A DNA stretch of 64,000 nt, from assembly GCA_046483495.1 (NCBI GenBank), contig JAWODC010000001.1, positions 1 to 64,000 of the forward strand, in the 5' to 3' direction. The translations under genes and the position numbers were made by a program. The notes under the pieces are model-generated. The model worked only from the letters and a program-made list of their open reading frames with translations. It was not told where the DNA came from and made no database searches. This document shows, piece by piece, positions 19,812 to 28,810 of this stretch (positions are counted from its first letter, which is position 1; every line of letters begins with the position of its first letter). Origin of the DNA: Desulfobacterales bacterium. GTDB taxonomy: Bacteria > Desulfobacterota > Desulfobacteria > Desulfobacterales > UBA5616.

Positions 19812-20276
19812 TTATATCGTTTCAATGAAATTTTTAAGCCACTGCTCCCATTCATACAAGGTATCAGCTTCCACACATTTTTCAGCAGTTAATGACTTCC
19901 CCGGTCCCAGGTGAACACTTCCGACACCTTCCAAACCTGAAATCATTCCGTCTATAAATTCCGGCCGGTACCCGATATACAACAGGAGATCCGGACGCTT
20001 ATTTAGAATTGGATCCATCCATTCTCCTTTTAATGATGCCATTAGTTCACCAAGCCAGGCTTTTTGAATACTGATGGTCTGATGTTTTTCAAGCCCTTTG
20101 ATAGTATTCCCGGTTGCCGCTATAGGACATTTCATCTTTGTTGCGAGATCGGCGGCATACTCCAAGAGCTTTATGTTGCTCAATTTTATGTGGTCACATT
20201 CTTTTCCAGCCAAGATAAGAGGGTTTTTGTGTTGCCTGATGTACCGTATACAATCACTTAGATCGATTTGTTTCAT
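19812..20276 (-). CDS. cdhB: ACDS epsilon subunit homologue
   Basis: KNPLILAG..PIAATGN..EW......PDLLLYIG; position between cdhA and cdhC. Confidence 0.8.
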   Translation of the reverse strand: MKQIDLSDCIRYIRQHKNPLILAGKECDHIKLSNIKLLEYAADLATKMKCPIAATGNTIKGLEKHQTISIQKAWLGELMASLKGEWMDPILNKRPDLLLYIGYRPEFIDGMISGLEGVGSVHLGPGKSLTAEKCVEADTLYEWEQWLKNFIETI

Positions 20277-20278
20277 GT

Positions 20279-23005
20279 CTACTCCTTTACCGCCTCACGC
20301 ATTACCAATCTTTTGATAAGAGTAGCGTAGGCCCCCTGTTTGATCCCATAATTTTCGGTGTAATCTTCCAGTGAAACCATATTCCCTGAACGGTCCTTAA
20401 CTTTGTTTACCTGTGTGCGTTCGATTTCCCATCCGTATTCTTCCCTCAAAATCTTCAGAAGCCGCATCCGCTTCATGACATGCAATTCAAGAGGGCTTCT
20501 GACAAAGTAGGTCCAGTCATCCGGCAAATGACCGAAATATTTCTCGTGAATTTCGGTGTAATTATCGATGACGGAAAGCCTTGGGTCACGCAAATTGCAG
20601 GCCAGTGCAAACAGTTTCATCGTCATTGTAAGTGCTTCTTCCTTGGTTTCAACGGGGTAAATACCATGCATGGGGGAGGGATCAATCTCTTTTAGGTCTC
20701 CTGTTACACCATCGTATATGGTCCAGGTCGATCGGTCATATTTGTTGCCCACCAATGATCGAAACGTCTCAAGGCCGTTGGGCCCAACGACTACCTGTGC
20801 ACCCATTCTGACGAATGACGACGCCTTGGCAAGCATCTTATCCGAAGCCGCCCCCCAGATGATAACGACAAAGGGAGCGCGGTTCATACTGTAATCCGCC
20901 GGTTGCTCCAGGTTGCCTTTAATCGAAACCCCTCCTCCCAGCAGCGCGAACTTTGATAAAGATCCAAGAATATGGGAATCAGCGGTACATCCGCCGCAGT
21001 TAACAAAACCCTTTAGAGTAGCCATTGCCAAATATTTTTCCGGAAATGACTTTTCCGACTTTTCATCAATAATCCTTGAAACGTCTGCAGCGGCACACCC
21101 GGCAGTCATGACCACGCAGTTTCTATCCAGCAGCTCCTTGGCCATAAAAGCCATTTCATCATCCGTACCCGGATACCTGCCGCAGCCTAAGAGAACGGCC
21201 ATTCCGGGACCATTGCCGCCCAATACAAGTCCAAATGTAAGATCGCGGAATTCCAAATGGCTCAGGGGGCCTCTTCCCGGTCGCATCCTGAATGCATCTT
21301 TGCTTATTGCTTCTGCATTTGCCGCCAATATCAGATCGATAATGGGAATATTTTCCGGGCAAACGTCCTCGCACTTGCCGCAGAAAAAGCAAGATTTGTA
21401 AATATCTTGAAAAGTGAAGCCCTCCTCATCCTTCATTGCCGTACTGATCTGAAGGGAATTCGGGCAGGCATGAAAACACCTGTCACATGCTGTACACCGC
21501 TCCTTTTCAAACTCCAGTTCCTCTAACTTTAAAATAGTTCCCATTTTGCCGGCAAAATTTTTAAAATACACGGCAATAACGTTTGCGGCTTTTTCATACG
21601 AGCGAACGAGTACGGCTTCTCTATTATTCAGGCGGTTGCAGATTTCTTCCTCCGTTTCCTCTGAAAGGTCCGGCGCATCGAGGCACGTTGCGGAACCGGC
21701 GGCCAGTAAGGGAATCCCCGCTTTTTTCGCCTGTCCTGCAAGATCGATTGGGAAACAACTTTCAGTGGCGACAATCAAGTCCGCAATACCGGACCTAATG
21801 GCTTTGATCGCTTTGCCTGTGGACGTCAAAACCTTGCCTTCCGGATACATCCGGACGAGTTCATGGCCTGCATTTCCGATGCCGGTGATCTCTATTTTCT
21901 TTTCTATCCCTTCTTCTTCCAATACCCCTACGGTATGGAATATCGGCATGATATTATCCCCAAAAAAAGCAAGCACGGGCTTGCTCCTGTCGACCGTGCC
22001 CATACCGACAGGCGTCCTGGCTGGAGGATAATTTGCAACATCAGCCACACCCATGTCGCCTGTGGATAGAAATCCGAAACAGCAGATCTTGACCATTTCC
22101 TCGACTTCTGTTGCAAGGGCGAATATAGATCCCAGATGGAGAGAGCGAGCCTCCAGCTCCATCGGATTGCCGTTTTTCTGTTCAAGAACGGCCAATTGCT
22201 CGACAAGCTGTGATTCACCATATTCAAGGACCCCGTCCATTTCCGCCAGATTTTTAGGGTAAAACCCTGTAAGCAGGGCGATATTGCAGGTTGGATAGGC
22301 AATGGATCGACCAAGATCGATCTCCTTCTCAGGCCCAAGCGCAGCAATGGCCTCGTCTAAAACCCCGCGGGCGGACGCAAGAGCTTTGGCAGTCGCCGAG
22401 ACATGGTCTTTCAGGGTTTTCGATGCCTGAACGATATCACTTGCCTGTTTTCTTTTCCCGTGCTCGATAACATATTCCGGACTTGTATATAAAGGGCGAT
22501 ATCGGTTAAGCAGGACCTGGTCCCATTCGCTCAAATCACCTGCCTTTGGGAATGGAATAATTTTTGTACCGTATTGTCTTACCCGGGATTCATTGTAATC
22601 GGTCTTAAGAATTTTCTTTACTAATTCTTCCTTCCCGCGTATATCCGGCGTTATATCCGTCAAATCCAGTTCGTAACTCCCTACCGTTGCGGTAATATCG
22701 CCTTTTCCCGGCATTTTGAATTTTTTCAGACGGTCTTTAACAGATTCCGCATCCTCAGCAACAGCTGCATGCTCCTCTTCTTCAAAAAAATCGGTTTCTG
22801 CCAAACATCTGGCACAAACCGTAATTTTTTTCTGCGCTGGTCCGAGTACGCCTTCCGTACTCACGCCCCCCACTCTATGGGACGCGGAAATATCCTCGGT
22901 CTGCACGACCTGTTTGCACATTTCACATAGATTTATGCCGCAAATCGCGCATTTTTCGATTGCTTCATTTTCGTTACATGAACCGCAGATGATTTTTTCC
23001 GCCAT
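20279..23005 (-). CDS. cdhA: Archaeal-type CODH alpha subunit homologue, degenerate, with N-terminal Cys-rich finger
   Basis: LSEWDQVLLNRY.P.Y, GMGTVDRSKPV, two ferredoxin motifs (CTACDRCFHACP, CFFCGKCEDVCP), RPGRGP, LGC, AGC, NCGGC..SHI, WGAASDK, Y.E.H.KYFG.LPDDW..FVR. Confidence 0.88.
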   Translation of the reverse strand: MAEKIICGSCNENEAIEKCAICGINLCEMCKQVVQTEDISASHRVGGVSTEGVLGPAQKKITVCARCLAETDFFEEEEHAAVAEDAESVKDRLKKFKMPGKGDITATVGSYELDLTDITPDIRGKEELVKKILKTDYNESRVRQYGTKIIPFPKAGDLSEWDQVLLNRYRPLYTSPEYVIEHGKRKQASDIVQASKTLKDHVSATAKALASARGVLDEAIAALGPEKEIDLGRSIAYPTCNIALLTGFYPKNLAEMDGVLEYGESQLVEQLAVLEQKNGNPMELEARSLHLGSIFALATEVEEMVKICCFGFLSTGDMGVADVANYPPARTPVGMGTVDRSKPVLAFFGDNIMPIFHTVGVLEEEGIEKKIEITGIGNAGHELVRMYPEGKVLTSTGKAIKAIRSGIADLIVATESCFPIDLAGQAKKAGIPLLAAGSATCLDAPDLSEETEEEICNRLNNREAVLVRSYEKAANVIAVYFKNFAGKMGTILKLEELEFEKERCTACDRCFHACPNSLQISTAMKDEEGFTFQDIYKSCFFCGKCEDVCPENIPIIDLILAANAEAISKDAFRMRPGRGPLSHLEFRDLTFGLVLGGNGPGMAVLLGCGRYPGTDDEMAFMAKELLDRNCVVMTAGCAAADVSRIIDEKSEKSFPEKYLAMATLKGFVNCGGCTADSHILGSLSKFALLGGGVSIKGNLEQPADYSMNRAPFVVIIWGAASDKMLAKASSFVRMGAQVVVGPNGLETFRSLVGNKYDRSTWTIYDGVTGDLKEIDPSPMHGIYPVETKEEALTMTMKLFALACNLRDPRLSVIDNYTEIHEKYFGHLPDDWTYFVRSPLELHVMKRMRLLKILREEYGWEIERTQVNKVKDRSGNMVSLEDYTENYGIKQGAYATLIKRLVMREAVKE

Positions 23006-23077
23006 TTTCGTCTCCTTGTCTTTCGTGCATTATATTTACCAGGCAAACCGTTTTAAAACGGATTCTTGCTTTCTGTT

Positions 23078-25276
23078 TCAGTGTGCCGCCGCATGCACTT
23101 CACCGACGAGGGCGTCTTTCATGCAGGTTGTATCTTCAATTACGGTTATCCTTCCCCGGCCGATACGGGCTATTTTGGTCATTAGATCGGGATTTGCGTT
23201 TTCCTCATTGATGCAGATGCAGGAAATGGTAATTCCTTTCCTGACTGTTTTTGCGGCTTCCTTTATGGCAAAACCGGCAGGGGATGGATGCGGTGCAGTC
23301 GCATCGCCGTCTGATACGAGAATGATATGCTGCTTGCTGTGGCTTTTAGAATGACGTGCAAATAAACCTCTTGCGGTGAGCAGGCCGTATCCGATATTTG
23401 TAAATGCATTCTCCTGCAGCTCGAGATCAAGCACCCTCTCCGTCAGCATGAACGTGTTCTTTGTAAGGTCAGATATAACCCTGGCCATATTTGAAAACGT
23501 TATCAGGCCTACCCTGTCTCCATAATTCGAAGCTGCGAGTGCCAGCGCGATTACGCTTTCCTTACCGTACCAGACCTTTTCAAGCTGATCCATTGTTCCC
23601 GACATGTCCAAACACAAAAGTATATCCATTCGGTTCCGAATATCCCTTTTCATAATCCTGATATCTTCCCGCGCAATTTCCCTGTGCCTGTTCCGAATGG
23701 CTCTGCGTATAGTCCTGTTCAGGGACACATCTCTATATTTATCCCCAAAACGCCACGAACGGGTCCCGACAATCCGCCCCTCCCCTATATTGCTTTTTGT
23801 GCCGGATTTATGCATCCCCTGCCCGATGATAGTTTCGGAAAACCCAAGTCTCGGAGCAAGCTTCTCCAGCAGCAGCATAATACCGCGCATCGAGAGCGTG
23901 TACCCTCTCTCGGAACGGGATAAAATCTGATGGTCCTCCAGCATATCAAGTGTTTTAATTAGAGCCTCCTCTTCAAGCTTGGCCCTGAGCTCGGCGTTGA
24001 GTTTTAGCTGCTTTTCCTGAACGTCATCAATTTCGGATAAGAGTTCGAGGGTCAGTTCCTCGCCGAGATACGAACTACTGTGTTTATCGAGAAGCCGGTC
24101 GACCATCCTTCCGTGTACATTAGCCAATTCGGAATCCGGAAAGCGCTTGATTCTCTTCAAAAGGATATCGAACATTCCAAATTTCAAGGGTTTCCTGAAT
24201 TGATCTTTTCGGGCTATTTCATCTACGATAGCCAGCATTTTTTCCTTCGAAAGAGGCATAACGTCTTCGCTTTTTTCCGAAAGGCCGAGTGCATGCATTA
24301 CAATCTCTTGTATTATCTCGCTTGCCCGTCGATTCGTTTCGGCATGCGGCGCCACCTTGACCCGGTGCGGCAGCGATATCATCGATGCTGCCTGAAGAAT
24401 ACCATTCGGGTCGTCTTCGCCGTTCAATCGGGTGTAAGCGGATGCCAATTCGCCGAACCGGATGGTCCCCCTGATGGAAATGCCCCTTGAAAGGTCTTCA
24501 TGACGACGTGTATTCGCAACCACTTCTATTCCGGGCTCTACCCATGCAAAGTCATTCGATCCGGCAAAAATTTTCTTTTCGAATACCGGATCGACCTTAT
24601 TTGAAAGCGAAATGGAATCAAAATGATCTGATAGGTCGGCCGGGAAAAGGGCCAATGTGCCCCTTGCGCCGGTGGCAATTATCATCGTGTCAAGAGGAAA
24701 AGCCTCATCGAATTTCCCAATAGTAATCACATCCCCCGAAAGGCCGGCTAAGAGCGTGTTGAGGACCCTCTCCGGCATTCGGTCCATGAAATCGAGTATG
24801 AGAATACGCCCATTAGCCTTTAACATTTTACCTGGAACAAATGCCCTGAGATCAAAGATTCCGTATTCAAATGCCGTTTGAGGATCAAGATCACCGATAA
24901 GATCGGCAACGGCCAAATCGGAACTTCCGGACACCCTGACAAACCTGTCTTTTCCCTTCAACGTCTTCGAATACAACGGTTCATCGTTTGTTAATCGGCG
25001 GAGGCACCATGGACATTCAGGTGAATCGATGCGGCAATTGACAGGGCATCCGTCTACAACCTTCCTGTCCTGCAACAGATTTACAACCCGCTCAGCAAGA
25101 GTTGTTTTCCCGATACCGGGCTGCCCTTCCAATAAAACGTGGTGCCCGCATATTAAGGAGGCCATAAAGTTTTTTTTGTGATCCTCGGGGAGGGACAATC
25201 CCTTAAAGAGCGCATCGCGAATGTTATTGTCCCCTGCCGAGAGGATCGAATTGTTTATTTCATCGGTTATCTTCAT
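23078..25276 (-). CDS. ChlD/BchD-like AAA+ ATPase (degenerate Walker B) fused to C-terminal VWA domain
   Basis: HVLLEGQPGIGKT, DGCPVNC....CPWC, PGKMLKANGRILILDFMDR; VWA LCLDMSGTM..TN...GL..ILVSDG. Confidence 0.85.
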   Translation of the reverse strand: MKITDEINNSILSAGDNNIRDALFKGLSLPEDHKKNFMASLICGHHVLLEGQPGIGKTTLAERVVNLLQDRKVVDGCPVNCRIDSPECPWCLRRLTNDEPLYSKTLKGKDRFVRVSGSSDLAVADLIGDLDPQTAFEYGIFDLRAFVPGKMLKANGRILILDFMDRMPERVLNTLLAGLSGDVITIGKFDEAFPLDTMIIATGARGTLALFPADLSDHFDSISLSNKVDPVFEKKIFAGSNDFAWVEPGIEVVANTRRHEDLSRGISIRGTIRFGELASAYTRLNGEDDPNGILQAASMISLPHRVKVAPHAETNRRASEIIQEIVMHALGLSEKSEDVMPLSKEKMLAIVDEIARKDQFRKPLKFGMFDILLKRIKRFPDSELANVHGRMVDRLLDKHSSSYLGEELTLELLSEIDDVQEKQLKLNAELRAKLEEEALIKTLDMLEDHQILSRSERGYTLSMRGIMLLLEKLAPRLGFSETIIGQGMHKSGTKSNIGEGRIVGTRSWRFGDKYRDVSLNRTIRRAIRNRHREIAREDIRIMKRDIRNRMDILLCLDMSGTMDQLEKVWYGKESVIALALAASNYGDRVGLITFSNMARVISDLTKNTFMLTERVLDLELQENAFTNIGYGLLTARGLFARHSKSHSKQHIILVSDGDATAPHPSPAGFAIKEAAKTVRKGITISCICINEENANPDLMTKIARIGRGRITVIEDTTCMKDALVGEVHAAAH

Positions 25277-25304
25277 GTTGAGCCTTTGAGCGTTCAGGAT
25301 TCAG

Positions 25305-26138
25305 CTAAATTTCCAGGCTTCTTATTTCACTCATTTTTTCTTTTCGGATATCGTCGATCCTGGCAAAAGCATCCTTTGCCGCCGTCATTGTCCCGGAATT
25401 TTTCGGCAGCTGCCATATTGGCTTTGCCAGGGCATCCATTTCAGCCACATCGGGGTCAAAGGGCAAAAAGCCAAGCAATTCCAAGCCTGCTTCATCGGCG
25501 TATTTCTTGATTATATCCCTTGTTTTATCGGCTATCTTATTGGCCAGTACCATCATACGGCCAAACTCGATGTTTAATTCCTCGGCGATTTTTTTTACAC
25601 GCGCCGCCGTCGCCATTCCCTTTGCCGACCCATCGCTTACGATAAGCATAAGATCCACATTCCTGGCGGTTCTTCTGGAGATATGCTCAAGTCCGGCTTC
25701 CGAGTCAATGACAATGGTGGAATAATTCTTTGCCTGGCTGTCGATAATGGAACGAAGAATGTGATTAATATGGCAATAGCATCCTTCCCCTTCACTTCGT
25801 CCCATTACCAAAAGATCGAAGTGCCTGTCTTCTACAATAGCCTCCATAATGCCTTTTTCAAGGACCTTGTCGACAGTGACATTCCGGTTTTCAGTCTGTC
25901 GCGTCTTAAACTTAAGAAGTGATTCACGTATATCGCCTACCGAATGCACTGCTGCTACCCCAAGCGCTTCCGGAAGGTTTGAGTCGGGATCTGCATCGAT
26001 GGCCAGAACAGGTCCGAAATCTACGAAATATCTGACCAGCAGGGAACTGATCAGCGTCTTGCCGGTACCTCCTTTTCCGGCGACAACAATAGTAAATCCC
26101 GTCAGTTTATCCCTTGTTGGCATCACCTTATTCTCCAT
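25305..26138 (-). CDS. cooC: CODH/ACS nickel-insertion ATPase (CooC/AcsF family)
   Basis: AGKGGTGKT, AIDADPDSNL, MGRSEGEGCYC, DSEAGLEHISR. Confidence 0.92.
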   Translation of the reverse strand: MENKVMPTRDKLTGFTIVVAGKGGTGKTLISSLLVRYFVDFGPVLAIDADPDSNLPEALGVAAVHSVGDIRESLLKFKTRQTENRNVTVDKVLEKGIMEAIVEDRHFDLLVMGRSEGEGCYCHINHILRSIIDSQAKNYSTIVIDSEAGLEHISRRTARNVDLMLIVSDGSAKGMATAARVKKIAEELNIEFGRMMVLANKIADKTRDIIKKYADEAGLELLGFLPFDPDVAEMDALAKPIWQLPKNSGTMTAAKDAFARIDDIRKEKMSEIRSLEI

Positions 26139-27165
26139 TCATAATATCTTTGACAATTTCTTTTACGAGCCCCATACTATCGTCGTAGTATCTGGATTCC
26201 GGACTCGTTTTGACACGACCTGCGATCGTAGATATCGCTGCCTCTTTTATATGATCGATCGACACCTCATCTTTTTTCTCAAGCCACGCATATGCTTGGA
26301 TTTTCTCATATAATGCCAGTCCGGCCCGGACAGATGCCCCCTGGTCCATATCCTTGTTCCATGGCTCCTCACGTGTCGACCGAATAATCTTTATAACCAG
26401 ATCGAGCATCTGTTCCGGAACCTGAACGTTATCGATTCGGCTGCCATATTTCTCAACGATATTTTTCTCGATTTCAGGTGTTTCCGGGTAATCCATAGTT
26501 ACAACGTCAAACCGGTCCAACAGGACGTCGGAAAGCTCCTCGACACCGGCATGTTCACGTGGATTCATGGTGGCAATCATCAGAAAGTTTGCCGCATAAT
26601 CGAGATCATAGGGACCGATTGTAGCTGTACGCTCCTCCAGAACCTGCAAGAGGGCATTCTGAAGCTTTTCGGGAATCCGATTGAGTTCGTCGAAAAACAC
26701 AATTCCCCTGTTGCCCTTGAGCAGCTTTCCAGGCGTAAATGCCCGCCAGTCATGGGGTCCATATTTGAAGGCCATACTAGGGTCTACATCCCCCAAGAGG
26801 TCTTCTGCCGTCAAATCAGGGCTCCCCTGTATGCGGACGAACCGCTGTGCGCCGGAAATTAACGTTTTTATAAGCGCTTTGCTTTCTTTTTTCCTTGCAA
26901 GGCAGGAAGGACAAACGGGATCCTCCGGCCGGCAGTGAAAAGGGCATCCGTCAACAGCCTCGACAGGAGGCAAAATTGCAGCAAGCTGCCTGGCCAGTGT
27001 GGTTTTGCCCACTCCGGGCGGGCCCTCGATCAAAACGTGGTGACCGGAAAGAACCGAAGCAAGAATTCCCTTTTTCGTTACGATTTGTCCCATAATGTTG
27101 TTTAGAGGATCGTCTCCCCTTTCCAAGAAACTTTCTATCGTCTCTTTCAATCCCTCTACGACCAT
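26128..27165 (-). CDS. ChlI/MoxR-like AAA+ ATPase
   Basis: HVLIEGPPGVGKT, DGCPFHC.P..PVCPSC, RIQGSPDLTAEDLLG, FFDELNR, IATMNP, LLDRF. Confidence 0.9.
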   Translation of the reverse strand: MVVEGLKETIESFLERGDDPLNNIMGQIVTKKGILASVLSGHHVLIEGPPGVGKTTLARQLAAILPPVEAVDGCPFHCRPEDPVCPSCLARKKESKALIKTLISGAQRFVRIQGSPDLTAEDLLGDVDPSMAFKYGPHDWRAFTPGKLLKGNRGIVFFDELNRIPEKLQNALLQVLEERTATIGPYDLDYAANFLMIATMNPREHAGVEELSDVLLDRFDVVTMDYPETPEIEKNIVEKYGSRIDNVQVPEQMLDLVIKIIRSTREEPWNKDMDQGASVRAGLALYEKIQAYAWLEKKDEVSIDHIKEAAISTIAGRVKTSPESRYYDDSMGLVKEIVKDIMNGE

Positions 27166-27198
27166 ATTTTTTTCCTTTTTCTGTTTTTCCCCGAATTA

Positions 27199-27960
27199 TC
27201 ACTCTCGAGCCATTACATACTGCATTCGAATATCCTGCCACTGTCTTGAGGAGGCCGAAAAATAGCGCACCAATCCGTGAACCTGCGGATAAACGGTAAA
27301 CGGATATATCCGGTTTGGATCCGAATTATCAACACCGTAAACACCAATCCGATGTGATGCCAATTTATCCATATTGGCCATTACCCATGACTCCTGAACG
27401 GACAAAGGTATACCGAACGGTTCCTGAAAGGCTGCAACCACCAATCCATAATCATGCGTGTGTTTGTGCTCTTTGCGAAACTCGATAAGCTTCCTTGCCT
27501 TTTCCGATGCTTTTTCATTGCAGCATGGTGTAATCATAAGAAAGAACCGGCGCTTTTTGATAAAACCAAATAGATCGGTTCCGGGATAATCGCCAATTTC
27601 ATACCCGTTATCCAGGAGCAGCTCGGAAAAGGCGGTTCTTATATATGTCACTGCATCATTTTCATCGTCAAAATCAAACCTGTTGCGAACCGGAAGAATA
27701 TGGCTCGTCTTCGTCGGATTCACCCATGGATCTAAAATCTTGGGCCTCTCGCGTTCGATCTCACCTGCCAGATAACATATATCCTTGACTATTGTGTTTT
27801 CATGAATGAGCTCAACCGACAGCAGAACCTTCACCTCTTTTGAGGCATCTTTTTTTTCCAGTATTCGAATATCCTTGACCCGCCAATCTTCTGGATAAGG
27901 GAGTACGATCGACATTTTCCGATCAGAAAAAGCTTTATTCACATCACGAACCGTGGTCAT
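27199..27960 (-). CDS. Conserved hypothetical protein; C-terminal domain paralogous to 17779..18327
   Basis: 253-aa ORF, first gene of the cluster; LLLDNGY..TDLFG..DYGLVV pattern. Confidence 0.65.
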   Translation of the reverse strand: MTTVRDVNKAFSDRKMSIVLPYPEDWRVKDIRILEKKDASKEVKVLLSVELIHENTIVKDICYLAGEIERERPKILDPWVNPTKTSHILPVRNRFDFDDENDAVTYIRTAFSELLLDNGYEIGDYPGTDLFGFIKKRRFFLMITPCCNEKASEKARKLIEFRKEHKHTHDYGLVVAAFQEPFGIPLSVQESWVMANMDKLASHRIGVYGVDNSDPNRIYPFTVYPQVHGLVRYFSASSRQWQDIRMQYVMARE

Positions 27961-28044
27961 TTATTCACAGATCCTGTTATGTTTTTCAGTTTTCTATTTG
28001 CTGTCAAAAGCACCTGCCACATCCAATGATCTGATACCATAAGG

Positions 28045-28683
28045 TTAATTTTCATCGGGAAGCACAGATTCAATGCTTTTTTGATCATTCATATGAAGAA
28101 TTTTCATAAACTGATCCACCATTTCATTAATACTAAACTTTCCGTCCTTTTGGTACCAGGTCAGAGACCAGTTGCAAATCCCATAAATGACCATGGCAAA
28201 AACCCTGATATTGATCCCTGAAATAGCTTCAGGATGCTCTTGACGAATTTGTACAAGTATTTTTTCTATAAGTTTCAGATAGTTTCGTTCCGTTTGCTTC
28301 ATAAGAGCCTTGTTTTCATCGACAAGATATTTACTCTCGCTGAAAAACACCTTAAGGGCGTCTCTCTTTTCCGGCAACTGCCCCAAATAGGAATAAAACA
28401 GGTATCCTAATTTTTGTATTCCATCATAGGAATCGTTCTCAACTATTCGTTCCAGTTCATTGATAAAACCCGGAGTCAATTCGGCAAGCATTGTCCGAAG
28501 AATGTCATCCTTATTTTTAAAGTAATAAAACAGCGTACTGCTTTGAATGCCCACCTCTTCTGAAATCATTCGAATCGAAGTGCCATGATACCCCTTCTCA
28601 ACCATCAGCTTCGCTGTTGAATCGAGAATATTCTTATAGGTATTGTTGTGGTTGATGTCTCCGGACTGTTTCATTTTTTCCAT
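28045..28683 (-). CDS. TetR/AcrR family regulator (PaaR/KstR2-like)
   Basis: KGYHGTSIRMISEEVGI..STLFYYFKNKDDIL; C-terminal GICNWSLTWYQKDG.FS. Confidence 0.92.
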   Translation of the reverse strand: MEKMKQSGDINHNNTYKNILDSTAKLMVEKGYHGTSIRMISEEVGIQSSTLFYYFKNKDDILRTMLAELTPGFINELERIVENDSYDGIQKLGYLFYSYLGQLPEKRDALKVFFSESKYLVDENKALMKQTERNYLKLIEKILVQIRQEHPEAISGINIRVFAMVIYGICNWSLTWYQKDGKFSINEMVDQFMKILHMNDQKSIESVLPDEN

Positions 28684-28706
28684 TTCAGACTTTTATAAGT
28701 TATTTT

Positions 28707-28761
28707 ACCGATCGTTCGCTAGATATAATTCCATTTAAAATACCACTTGTGTTGTTGTCAA
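28707..28761 (-). promoter_or_regulatory. Promoter (-35 TTGACA at 28761-28756) and ACCGATCGTTCGCT operator upstream of TetR (probable autoregulation)
   Basis: Operator 28707-28720; region 28705-28724 is 18/20 identical to 44307-44326 in reverse orientation. Confidence 0.6.
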
Positions 28762-28810
28762 GATTTATTTTTACTTGATGGCGGGTTTTAATTTTGGAAG
28801 GGAAGAGAGT

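Noticed and set aside
14388..26138. Annotation as a functional Wood-Ljungdahl or methanogenic CO2-reduction module
   Set aside because: CdhA, FwdA and FwdB lack essential ligands, and cdhD/E, fwdC/D and ftr are missing from the cluster.
23078..27165. Magnesium or cobalt chelatase for tetrapyrrole synthesis
   Set aside because: No chlH/cobN or tetrapyrrole genes nearby; the context is cooC/cdh.
14388..27960. Archaeal origin of the contig or archaeal contamination
   Set aside because: The cluster is contiguous with bacterial outer-membrane and TetR genes and sigma70 promoters, with no obvious compositional break by eye.
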